A stretch of 38,827 nucleotides of DNA from Octopus bimaculoides (taxonomy: Eukaryota): contig NC_068983.1 in NCBI RefSeq assembly GCF_001194135.2, positions 123,789,980-123,828,806 of the forward strand. Direction: 5' to 3'. Under the pieces are notes generated by a model. That model saw only the letters and a program-made list of their open reading frames with translations, was not told the origin of the DNA and ran no database searches. The translations under genes and the position numbers were made by a program. How positions within the stretch are numbered: the stretch's first letter is position 1; every line of letters begins with the position of its first letter. Below, in pieces: positions 24,746 through 36,157 of this stretch.

Positions 24746-26816
24746 TAGGCATACCTCACCCTACTTCATTAATTGGTTCCAGGAGACATGACTTAAGTTG
24801 AAAAATGACTCAAGTTGAATTAACTTGTTTCTAGGCTAGGCTGGGCCAAATTTACTTGTCTCTAAGCTAAACCAATAATAACCATCCCCACTTCTGTACT
24901 TTATTTATGAATGCATTTTCAATAATACATGGTGAATAAAAACATATTTTAAGCTTACAGACGAATATTTTTTTATTTTTTAATACAGTACAGTAAAAAA
25001 AAAGTAATCTAAATGTACAAATACAATTTGGTGGTGTTTACCATACATCATGGATGCTTTGTCTATGAATACGGTTTACTATAGGACATGGTAAAATAAA
25101 AGCCATTTTTAAGCTTAAAAAACAAATTCAGTAATTATTATTATTATTATTTTGCAATAGTAAAAAAAAACAAAATTATTTTTAATTTACCAATACGTAC
25201 ATACAATTTGGTGGTTTACATCATGGATGTAGATGGCTGTGGATCGTCAACATCAGCAGCTGGCTCTGGCTGTTCTTGTTGTTTGATGCGCTTAAAAAAC
25301 CGGTTGAGAATTCCTTGAACTGTCTTCTTCTTTTCCTCAAGGATTACATCATAAGGAGCAAAGGCTTTGTGACAAGCCCCCATAATCTTGGAAAAGCATT
25401 GAGTATTTGGATCCATATCCTCAAACATAGAAAGAATTTTTTCGATATATCCAATGGTAAAGTGATGTGGCTCAGGTTTAACTTCCTCTTCTTTATTTTG
25501 CTGCTTGTGAAGCTCTATCAAATAAATCTGTGAATTGAATAGTTTTCTCCTCCTTGGAAATGAATGAATGATCTGGCAATTTTTCCAATACAATCTTACA
25601 CTCTCTGAGTGGTTGGCGTTAGGAAGGGCATCCAGCTGTAGAAACTCTGCCAAATCAGATTGGAGCCTGGTGTTTCACCAGTCCTCAGTCAAATCGTCCA
25701 ACCCATGCTAGCATGGAAAGCAGACATTAAACGATGATGATGATGATGATGATGAATCCAGTTTCGTCTACGTTAAAAATCTGTTATGGAAGGAACCTGT
25801 TTTTTTTCAATGATTTTCTTTAATGCATTAGGAAATTCCACTGCTGTTTGTGCATCAGTTGATGCACTTTCACCTTACTTCTTAATGGAGTGATAACTTC
25901 TTCGCTCCTTTAATCTCATGAACCATCCTTGACTTGCCTTGAACTCTACATCTTTCTCATCTGGATATTTTTTCTTCAGGTCCTCAAACAAAAACAACGC
26001 CTTCTCTTGAAGGATTTCTTGTCTAATAATAGCACACTGGCAATTCAACCTAACAATCCAAAGAGAAAGAAGTCTTTCCATTTCTTCAAAGATTCTGCCT
26101 CTTTTCTTATTGATGACAGTGTTCTTCATCCCTAGGGCTTCAGATTTGATATGTGCTAAAATCTTGTTCTTATGTACAATCGTTGATACAGTTGTCCGAC
26201 TCATCCCAAAAGATTGTGCAATTGCTACCACTTTTTCACCTTTTACATGGCATTTTATCATAGCCAGATTATCTTCTAACTTTATAGCATGACACTTAGT
26301 ACTTTCACTATGAATTTTCTTAGGAGCCGTGGGGGCAAAAAATAAAATCACAGATGAATGACAATGAGAAAGTAGCCAATAAACAAATGTAAACAAATTT
26401 GAATTCAAAATAATTGTGGGAATCAGGAATGACAACGACACCTAATGGCTGATATTGGAACTACAATATCACACAATATGGAACTACAAGTGCAATATGA
26501 GCTCCGAAAGACTGATAAATAAGACAACAGAGCTGATTTCATGATTTCGTTCACTAAGCTACACTACTTTATGGTGTGTATTGTAACATTTACTGTATAT
26601 ATTTTAATATGATTTCATATGCTTTTATTCTTATTTATTGTACAGTAACATGATTTTATGAGCTTTTAATGGTTTTCTAGTGATTTTGTGATTCCAATAT
26701 TTATGGCAGACAAGCATAAAGTCAAGTAAAATGACTTAACTAGATTTTTATTTTTCCATATATTATTTTTGAAAACCGACATATAATCGAGAACAACTTA
26801 AGCTGAGGCATGCCTG
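24746..26816 (-). mobile_element. Tigger/pogo transposon, internal deletion derivative with a SINE insertion
   Basis: CENP-B-type HTH ORF 25875-26441 (FKASQGWFMRLK), QIFNVDETG-LYWK motif and C-terminal DPN...EKKK...NRFFK. Degenerate TIRs TAGGCATACCTCAC / CAGGCATGCCTCAG with TA flanks. Most of the DDE domain is absent. Confidence 0.85.
25595..25754 (+). mobile_element. SINE-like family B 3' fragment inserted in the Tigger
   Basis: Core plus (GAT)n tail; splits Tigger DETG from LYWK; AAT duplicated at both junctions. Confidence 0.85.
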
Positions 26817-27129
26817 TACTTACCTTCTTGTATCTTGTGAGTATGTTTTGACACCTCATCCCCACCATCATTGTCTTCTTTCCAGCTACTCTCACCCACC
26901 CATATATAATGCCAGGTAGCTATGTATTTCCTCTGAAGAAAAATACCAGTGCCTGTCCTTCTATCATACTTTAGCTTCTAAACACCTGGCATAAAGCCAC
27001 CTCCCACTCTGTTACAACTCCACTCAGTTGAGAGGGTTTCTTTTTGTCTTGCAAGTTACTTGGCTACCTCACTACTGCATCGTAAGCTTGATGGTCTAAC
27101 TACTGAGCCATGTACCTTCACAGTACACA

Positions 27130-27142
27130 GTATATATATATA

Positions 27143-27222
<80 letters not shown>
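27130..27222. repeat. (TA)n microsatellite
   Basis: Near-pure array; others at 1-28, 13501-13540 and about 38230-38280. Confidence 0.95.
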
Positions 27223-27226
<4 letters not shown>

Positions 27227-28329
27227 TACACATATTGGTATAGCACCAATAAAGCTGATGTTCAAATACAACTAAAGAAATTCTGAGATAATATTTATCC
27301 CCACTTAAACATGGATATTCTACTGGAACAAACTTCACTGCAGTAGCTACCATGAAAGAAACTCTCATCATTGCTGTCTCCAGTAGTCAAGTGTTCATCA
27401 TTGACAAGACCAAACAAGGTTGAAATCACGTGATTTGAAGATCTTGGTGCTGGAGGTAGCAGGGATTTATTGCCCTGCTAGCAATGTAAACAAGAGTGCA
27501 TTTTGCACCAAAAGCCAATACAAGAGTTTCCCTCATAGTAACTACTGAAGTAAAGTTTGTTCTAACAGAAAATCAACAATTAGGTGAGAATAAATGCTAC
27601 CTCTCAGTATTAATACTGCCTCTGTTGCTAATATATATTTTTTAAAGAAATTCCGTCTAGCAAGAAGTTATTTGCTGTTATTGAGAACCTGTGTGGATGA
27701 TTCTCTGACTTCTGGATAGAAGTGTTGCTACATTCCTGTATAACTGATATCTTTGGATAATTCCAAACTAAGAACTTTCCTATTTCTATTGTGAATATTT
27801 TTAAAATCTATTGATTCCAAAAATGGTATTTTTAAAATTTATCCAATGCTGTGTCAAGTTCAGTAATTGCTTGATTCCATAGAATCCATTGTCAATGTTT
27901 TTTTGCATTTTTTTCTTTTGATTTGATCAATCAAATGTTTTTATTGTTTTATTGATAAATACACCAAAAGCTGTAACATATAACAAAATGTGATTTGGTG
28001 AACTTTATGGCTTAGAAAACGATTCAGCGCTTCCTTAAGGTAAATGTCACCAAAATCAATATTATCACAAGATGTCAAGTGGGAACACATGAGAAGAATA
28101 ACTAAATATATAAAGTTTGTTATTGAACTCTGTAATTTCCATTGGACCGTAAAAAAAAATGCTGGCCTTGAGAAATTGAAACTCACCATAATGCAGCAGA
28201 AACAGTGAAAAGAAAACAAATTCAACAATTGGAAAAAGTAAAAATTAAGGAAATATCAATGAGATTTCATATCATTTCATTTCTGCTAAAATGTCATTGT
28301 GTTAAGTTTAAGTAAATTAGAGATTATAT

Positions 28330-28585
28330 AAACAATAACACCATTGGCAATGATGACAACAACATTGATAACGACATTAAGTAACACAGAGAGTGTATAA
28401 ACAATGACAATGACAACATTAAGTGACATAGTATATAAACAAGAATGACAATGACAACATTAAGTGACATAGTATATAAACAAGAATGACAACGACAATG
28501 ATGACAACAATATTTAGAGTATATAAACGATAACAACAAGAACAGCAACAGCAACAAAGTAACATAGAAGGTATATAGACATATA
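28330..28585. repeat. AAC-rich minisatellite with two exact 41-bp copies (28403-28484)
   Basis: Unit AATGACAATGACAACATTAAGTGACATAGTATATAAACAAG; the same motif vocabulary resumes at 29600-29830 and 30105-30150. Confidence 0.85.
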
Positions 28586-28587
28586 TA

Positions 28588-28996
28588 GGTACAAGTGTGA
28601 TTGTGTAGTAAGAAGCTTGCTTCCCAACCACAGGGTTCGGGGTTCAGTTCCACTGTGTGGCACTTTGGGCAAGTGTCTTCTACTACAGCCTCAGGCCAAC
28701 CAAAGCCTTGTGAGTGGATTTGGTAGACGGAAACTGAAAGAAGCCCGTCGTATATATGTATGTATATATGTATGTGTGTATATGTTTGTGTGTCTGTGTT
28801 TGTCCCCCCAGCATCACTTGACAACCGCTGCTGGTGTGTTTATGTCCCCGTAACTTAGCAGTTCAGCAAAAGAGAGACCGATAGAATAAGTACTAGGCTT
28901 ACAAAGAATAAGTCCTGGGGTCGATTTGCTCAACTAAAGATGGTGCTCCAGTATGGCCACAGTCAATTGACTGAAACAAGTAAAAGAGTAAAAGAG
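28588..28996 (+). mobile_element. tRNA-derived SINE family A, near full length
   Basis: tRNA-like head (GTGTAGTAAGAAGCTTGCTTCCCAACCAC...GGTTCAGTTCC), internal (TA/TG)n tract, (TAAAAGAG)n tail; homologous to the copy at 8776-9185. Confidence 0.85.
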
Positions 28997-29007
28997 TATA
29001 TATATAT

Positions 29008-29357
29008 ATGAGCATGATTATTGCCAGAGCAGCTGTCTGGCTTCCATGCCAGTGACATTTAAATAGCATCACTTGAGCATGATCGTTACCAGCGTCGCAT
29101 TACTGGCACTTGTGCCGGTGGCACGTGAACAAAACATTCGAGAGAGGTCGTTGTCAGTGCCGCTGGACTGGCTCCTGTGCAGGTGGCACATAAAAACACC
29201 ATTTTGAGCGTGGCCATTGCCAGTACCGTGTGACTGGCCCTCGTGTTGGTGGCACGTAAAAGCACCCACTACACTCTCAGAGTGGTTGGCGTTAGGAAGG
29301 GCATCCAGCTGTAGAAACTCTGCTAGATCAGATTGGAGCCTGGTGCAGCTTTCTGGT
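29008..29357 (+). mobile_element. SINE-like family B with internal ~65-bp tandem units
   Basis: Shares GTGGTTGGCGTTAGGAAGGGCATCCAGCTGTAGAAAC with several other copies in the window. Confidence 0.8.
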
Positions 29358-30184
29358 TTATATGTATATATATATGTATGTATCTGTGTGTCCTTGTGTC
29401 TTGTGTTTGTCCCCCCTCCAATGCTTAACAATCGGTGTTGGTGTATTTATGTCCCCATAACTTAGCAGTTTGGCAAAAGTGACCGAAAGAATCAGTACTA
29501 GGCTTAAAAACATGCACACACACACAACTGAAACGTCTTCAAGGCAGTGTCCCAGCATGGCTGCAGTCTAATGACTGAAACAAGTAAAAGATAAAGAATA
29601 GGGTATATAAACAAAAACAGCAATAACATTAAGTAACATTGATTGTAAAAACAACAACAATGACAACTAGAACAACAAGAATGATAATGGCCACATTGGC
29701 AATAACATAGGGAGTATACAGACAGTGTATATAAACAACAACAACATTAAGTAACACAACACAGAGAGTATATAAACATAGAGTATATAATAAACAGCAA
29801 CAATAATGATGACAATAACTAGAACAATAATTTCTATTTAGGGTACAAAACCTGAAATTTAGAGAAGAGGGTTAGTCAGTTATATTGGTTTCAAATTTTG
29901 GCTCAAGGCCAGAAATTTCAGGGGATGGGGTATGTTGGTTATATCAATTCCCAGCAATTAACTGGTACTTATTTTATTGACCCCAAAAGGATGAAAGACA
30001 AAGTTGACCTCAGTGGAATTTGAACTCAGATCATAAAGCTGGAAGGAATGTAGCTACGCAAATTTTCCAGAATGTTAACAGTTCTTTCTGCTTGTTGCCT
30101 TTGACAACAATAATAGCATCAATGATGACAACAACAATAACAATAACAAATGTATATTTACCAGATGTAGTTTACTTACATACG

Positions 30185-30330
30185 TTATCATCATCATCAT
30201 TTAACGTCCATGTTCCATGCTAGTATGGGTGGGATGGCACCACAAGAGCCGGCCAAGGCCGAAGCCTGCACCAGACTTCTGTGACTGTTTCGGCAGGATT
30301 TTTACAGCTGGTTGCCCTTCCTAACATCAA
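30185..30330 (-). mobile_element. SINE-like family B 3' fragment
   Basis: (ATC)n followed by TTTAACGTCC...CCATGCTAG and GCCCTTCCTAAC. Confidence 0.75.
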
Positions 30331-32270
30331 CCATAATGGTAAAATCTTCACTTTGGTAATATTAATTCTACATCGCAAACTGGAAATCAACAATGGAAGC
30401 ACACAGTCTATGATATCAAAATAGCTTCCATATTCAGAAACAGATGGGAAGTAATTGATCAAATATGTAGTTAAAGTTGGAGATGAAATACAATAGAAAA
30501 CACAGAAATATGAAAAAGAGGAAATAAATGTTTAACCTTTATCTATGATTCAGAGTAGAGATTACAGAATGCAATCCAAGTTAAACTACATTTTACAAAA
30601 AGGAAATTATGATGTAGTTTGTAATTGGAAATCTTCAGCAAGATTAAATGGGTAGTTAACATTTTGTGTCCTTTAATCAGCAAGGGAAGAGCAGCACCAG
30701 TGACATTTATTTTCTTCTGGGCCTCCAAGAATGATAGGTTAAAGACTGGAAATTATTTCAAACAAGAACCTGACCTGACTGCCAATAAAAAAGTGAACTC
30801 CGTTGAAGGCATTCAAGAGCCAGGTGCAGATGTTGAACCGAACAATGGAATAAATCTACCATCCAAAACATTGCTTCAGATAAATTCAAAACATGAGAGT
30901 ATCAACTTAATACAATCCAACCAGCAATGAAACAATATGACCACAAATAAAGACAAGGTGATTATGTCTAATTTCTGGAAGTTGGAGCTAGGGTTTCTAC
31001 TGCTTTCTTCTCTCTTTCCCAGACTTTCTATTTCTTCCAGACAAAAGACTAACAGGTAGTTTTTACTACCACATGTATAACAACTAAGTCTTTAGCTCTG
31101 CACTTTCAGTCTCATGTCCTTTGTCTTAGGGGTCCCAACTTGGTATAGTTCAGGTATGATATTAGGACTTTCAAAGTCATTAGAACTTGCAAGTATACTC
31201 TGACCTCTTCTGCCCACATATCACTTCTCATCACTCCTATGTTAATCATCTACCCATACTGCAATACAAGCATATGATCAGAGGGTTGTCTCACTATTTC
31301 AGCCCATATTTTTATTTATTTATATATTTATTTACTTATTTATCTATTGCTGAGTTCTTCATCCTGAAAATTTAGCTGACAGTCCCATAAGTTTTTTTTC
31401 CCTATCAAAAAATAAGCACTGTAGTCAATTCTTTCACCTAAAAATTCAGGGCTGTGCCCCACCATGTCTACAGTCTAATGTCTGAAACAGGTAAAAGATA
31501 AAACATAAAATAATTTATTTTCCTACTAAATGTTCATTTTGTCATGCAATTTATTTTTGCTTATTTTGTTATTTTATTTTTGTGTGGGCTTTTTTAATGT
31601 GAAAATGTCACCAAAATCAGAAAACAAAATATAAATTCTGTAAATATAATTCAATGTATTGAAGGTATCACAGCCATTGTAACATTTTTTTTTCTTCTTG
31701 TCTTTGGTTAGTAAGTGTTATTTCCTATTTGCTTCTATCTAGAAATCAAAGGAAGTGACTGTTATTCTCTTCATACTTTGTGGTTTTTTTTTTTTGAGCT
31801 GGACATCAATGTTTTGAAGCTGACTTATTTTCCATTACATCTCAGATAGATTCAGAACTGAGTTGCTGAAGCAGAAATATCGTTATAGCTAATATTCTGC
31901 TCAATATCACAGATTTGCTTGTCATTTGCTTAACCATAACCACTTGAGCATGTCCATTAGTGGCTGACAATATGTGCATCTCTGATTATGAGCAGTAGTA
32001 ATGGGCTGGGGGGAGGTGGAAATACAGGTGTTTTATTCATTAGGAGTAGTGTGGTGGGGAAATCATTGCCATGTGTTGAGAGGGATTCTTTGGGGTTTGG
32101 ATAAATATTGTAACAAAAGCAAAGTTTAAGGCAATATTAGCCATTTTTCATACTTTCTAAGTGTAAGCCAATAAGAAATAACAGTTGCTACCCAGGGACA
32201 AAAATCATGTTACACAGTGTAATTTAATACTATTTGACAGCTATTAATCAACATTTTGTTTCTATTGTAG

Positions 32271-32395
32271 ATTTCGTCAAAAGTTATCAGAGATCCTACA
32301 AAGCAATAAGGTGCAGTACACGATTATATTTTTTGTGGTCATTGATGGTCTTATAGTCATTCTTGAACTGCTTATTGACTTGGACATCATTAAAC
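32271..32395 (+). CDS. HVCN1: Voltage-gated proton channel (Hv1 family), exon encoding S0-S1
   Basis: Acceptor ttttgtttctattgtag|, donor |gtaagt. Translates (x)FRQKLSEILQSNKVQYTIIFFVVIDGLIVILELLIDLDIIK, aligning without gaps to human HVCN1 [41 protein letters not shown], with D112 (GAT 32344-32346), E119 and D123 equivalents. Phase 2 in, phase 1 out. Missed by the ORF track. Confidence 0.93.
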
Positions 32396-32492
32396 GTAAG
32401 TAGAAATAATTTAGTCCTTTAATTGATTTTTACAACCTGAGAAGATCATGTTCAAGAACTGTATGTATTCCATCACATACAATGGTAACATA

Positions 32493-32735
32493 TTCATCAT
32501 CATCATCAACATCATCATTTAGGCCTCCACTTTTCCATGCTTGCATAGATTGGATGGAATTTGATAAGGTGGATATTCTACAGACAAATGCTCTTCCTGT
32601 TGCTGTCACAGGTTTCCAAGTAAAGTAATATTTCCCTATGACCAGACATATCTCGGAAGATTGGAATTGACAGACACCGCTTGCATTATGACACATTTAC
32701 AGCTATCATGACATGTCAGGGCAAGGAGACGATAA
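32493..32735 (-). mobile_element. Degenerate SINE-like family B copy about 100 bp downstream of the Hv1 S1 exon
   Basis: (ATC)n tail, CCATGCTTGCAT and ATGCTCTTCCTGTTGC similarity to the other copies. Confidence 0.65.
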
Positions 32736-32891
32736 CACACACACAAACACCATACACGCACACACATGCATACATATACATATATACATGTATACACACA
32801 CATATATGAGGAAGTTCCAGAATAATAGATTATTAAATCCTACTCTGGTATTGAGTACTTTTTCTCATGGTCACTAAAATCCAATATGTGT

Positions 32892-32943
<52 letters not shown>

Positions 32944-33273
32944 AAATATATATACACACACATACATATACACACACATATATACATATACATACATAGA
33001 TACCTAAATGTGAGTGAGTGAGTGTGTGAGTGCATGTGTATGTGAGTGCGTGTGTATGTGAGTGCGTGTGTATGTGTATTTAAGTTACAATATATGGATT
33101 CAAGTGATTCAGCAGCACTCAAAAAAAGCTCCTTAATATATCATTCTACAAACCATATAGAATATATAGTACAATACAAGACAAAATGATAAGGAGTTTA
33201 TAGATCATAAATGATACTGAAATATAATTGTTTTGCAAGATTCTTGATGTGAAATCGTGTGTTGAAATAGATA

Positions 33274-33651
33274 TTGTTGTATTTGGGGATGGTCATGTTG
33301 CCAGTTTAGCTAATAAACGAACATGTATAAACAGGGGGATACAGATAATACAGGTACTCCCCATACACACGCATGCACTTTCTAAACATAGACACACATA
33401 GAGGGATATGCATGCGCAAATATAAACACATTGAATAGGAATACAAAATGGCTGATCGTTAATAAGGAGGGACACACAAATAAGAAAGAAGAAAGCAAAG
33501 GATCACTGATGAGGTCACAGAAGTGTGACGAAAGAACTTTGGCCGAAATATGATTAATGTAATATAAAGCTGAAGCAAATTAACACCAAATATATAGTGC
33601 GTGTGTTTTTATTGGCTAAACTGGCAATGTGACCATCCCCAAATACAACAA
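33274..33651. repeat. Foldback element with 44-bp inverted arms in an Hv1 intron
   Basis: Arms 33274-33317 and 33608-33651 differ at only 3 positions. Confidence 0.9.
33501..33555 (+). ncRNA. Degenerate minimal hammerhead ribozyme-like motif
   Basis: CTGATGA (33506-12), stem GTCACA-gaag-TGTGAC, GAAA (33530-33); one extra G before stem II; stem I imperfect. Confidence 0.4.
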
Positions 33652-33974
33652 GATACTGAAATAGTTTGATGCAAACGTTGATGGTTCTTGGACACCCAGT
33701 TATGCATTGCTAAGCTATTCTCTCATTTCTAGATCTTTCCACGCATTCATTCACCATTTGCTCTTAATACTTTTAATATGCGTTATTTACTTACATCTTC
33801 TTTCATAGGCTAATTATTTAAATTGACCCTTCAATATATAACTTCCTAATCTCTCTCTCTCAGCCTTCGTTTTACCTTAATTTTTCATGTAATTTTCTAA
33901 ATGAAATCTCTCCTTCCCTCCTGTGTTCTCAAGTTGGCTACATATTTTTTTTGTACCATCTCTCTAAATTAACC

Positions 33975-34495
33975 NNNNNNNNNNNNNNNNNNNNNNNNNN
34001 NNNNNNNNNNNNNNNNNNNNNNNNNNNNNNNNNNNNNNNNNNNNNNNNNNNNNNNNNNNNNNNNNNNNNNNNNNNNNNNNNNNNNNNNNNNNNNNNNNNN
34101 NNNNNNNNNNNNNNNNNNNNNNNNNNNNNNNNNNNNNNNNNNNNNNNNNNNNNNNNNNNNNNNNNNNNNNNNNNNNNNNNNNNNNNNNNNNNNNNNNNNN
34201 NNNNNNNNNNNNNNNNNNNNNNNNNNNNNNNNNNNNNNNNNNNNNNNNNNNNNNNNNNNNNNNNNNNNNNNNNNNNNNNNNNNNNNNNNNNNNNNNNNNN
34301 NNNNNNNNNNNNNNNNNNNNNNNNNNNNNNNNNNNNNNNNNNNNNNNNNNNNNNNNNNNNNNNNNNNNNNNNNNNNNNNNNNNNNNNNNNNNNNNNNNNN
34401 NNNNNNNNNNNNNNNNNNNNNNNNNNNNNNNNNNNNNNNNNNNNNNNNNNNNNNNNNNNNNNNNNNNNNNNNNNNNNNNNNNNNNNNNNNNNNNN
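33975..34495. other. Assembly gap inside an Hv1 intron
   Basis: N run; other gaps at 3368-3377, 4237-4295, 7033-7516 and 13541-13711. Confidence 0.98.
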
Positions 34496-34553
<58 letters not shown>

Positions 34554-34949
34554 CATGCTTGATCCTCTCTTCTCTTACTGGAAACCCTCTCTCTCACTGG
34601 TGGCATTCTCTATCACACCTGCAATTTCCTCTCCTGCTCTCTCTCTCTCCTGGGGCAAATGCAACTAGTTTAGCTGCCCACCTTCTTAATCTCACATTTG
34701 CATTATTGATATTCATATTCTCCTTTATCTATCTTTATTGATTTATTTATATCTGCAACTCCAGTAATGCTTAAGTTTAAGTTTTTACAATGTCCATAAT
34801 GCTTATACTTACAATGCTGCTAACACCTAGGGGCAACAATCTTAACACGCTTGAATGTTTGAATGATGACAGGTCGAAAGTAAGAACAGGTATAACATGT
34901 CTATCAAATGAACACGAAAACCTTCTTCTTTTCAGGCACTGAATAACAT

Positions 34950-35540
34950 CTCTCCTCCCTATGCTTCCTCCCACACTCCTTTCCCAGATCTTAGAGTTGG
35001 CACTGTCAATGTAGGCACACTGAAAGGAAGATCTAGAGAGATTGTAGAGATGCTTGAATGGAGACATGTTGATGTATGCTGCATACAAGAGGTAAGGTGG
35101 AGAGGAGCTTCAGCCAGGGTCCTCACAGGTGAGGCACATAAGTATAAAATCTTCTAGGAAGGTAACAACGATGGAGTAGGGGGTGTAGGCATACTCTTTG
35201 TGGAGAAATAAGTGGATAAGGTCATAGAGGTAGTCAGGGTATGTGATAGAGTGCTTAAGCTCAAGCTTTTCCTGCAGAATAGTATAGCTACAATTATCTT
35301 TGCATACACCTCACAAGTGGGTCTACTAAAGGATCAGAAGGACTACTTTTATGATACCTTTCTACAGGCTACCTCAAAGACGAGTGGCAATGACCTCATC
35401 TTTGTGGCTGGAGATTTTAATGGGCATGTCGGATAGCAATTCAGTATCTTCCATGGTGTTCATGGGGCCATGGAACGAAGAGGGAACTAGGCTACTGGAG
35501 TTCTGTGATGCATGCAACCTATTAATCTGCAACACTATGG
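34950..35540 (+). mobile_element. RTE-clade LINE fragment, AP endonuclease domain, decayed
   Basis: LRVGTVNVGTL, DVCCIQEVRW, GVGGVGIL, AGDFNGHVG motifs with several in-frame stops; inside an Hv1 intron. Confidence 0.88.
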
Positions 35541-36157
35541 TGGTGCATATTCTTTGGAGAATTTTCATTTGTTAATTAAAATATCTCTTCCCTTTATCTC
35601 AAAGTAGGAAAAACAGTATTTATTGCTCCATAATAAATTACTCTGGTAATGTTATATAATACTAGAAAAGTATTGCCAAAATCCGTGTGATGTACATGTT
35701 TTGAATATAAATGCTGAAAATTTTGTTCATAAGCTCTAACATGTGTTCTGTTTGGATCTGATATCTCAATTAATGGCTTATAGATTCTATCCTGTATGGA
35801 GTCTGAAAGTGGTGAGCTGGAAGAATAGTTAGTATATTGAACAAAAAGCTTAGTTGCATTTCTTCTGACTCTTTACATTGTGAGTTCAAATCCTGCTGAA
35901 GTCAACTTTGCCTTTCATCACTTCAGTTGATAAAATAAAGTACCAGTCAAGTATATGGGTCAATCTAAACGACTTGCTCCTTCCATTAAAAACTGCTAAC
36001 CTTGTGTCTAAAGTAGAATGAATAATGTATGGATGCTGTTATGTAGGAATCTAATGCTGATATAACATATTAGAAACAGTTCAACTAACAACAAATATAA
36101 CTGCCTTTTGTTTTAATTTTAATTTACTTTATATTTGATATTTTCTGTCTTTAATAG

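Noticed and set aside
27056-27081. 26-nt micro-exon candidate (LLGYLTTAS), phase 0 in and phase 2 out, which would fit the Hv1 S1 exon
   Set aside because: Appears to lie in SINE-derived sequence and has no Hv-like residues; the phase match has a one-in-three chance. Junction reads would be needed.
30625-30930. 101-aa ORF as the Hv1 N-terminal exon
   Set aside because: All three frames stop before the nearest donor-like site, and there is no Hv-like sequence.
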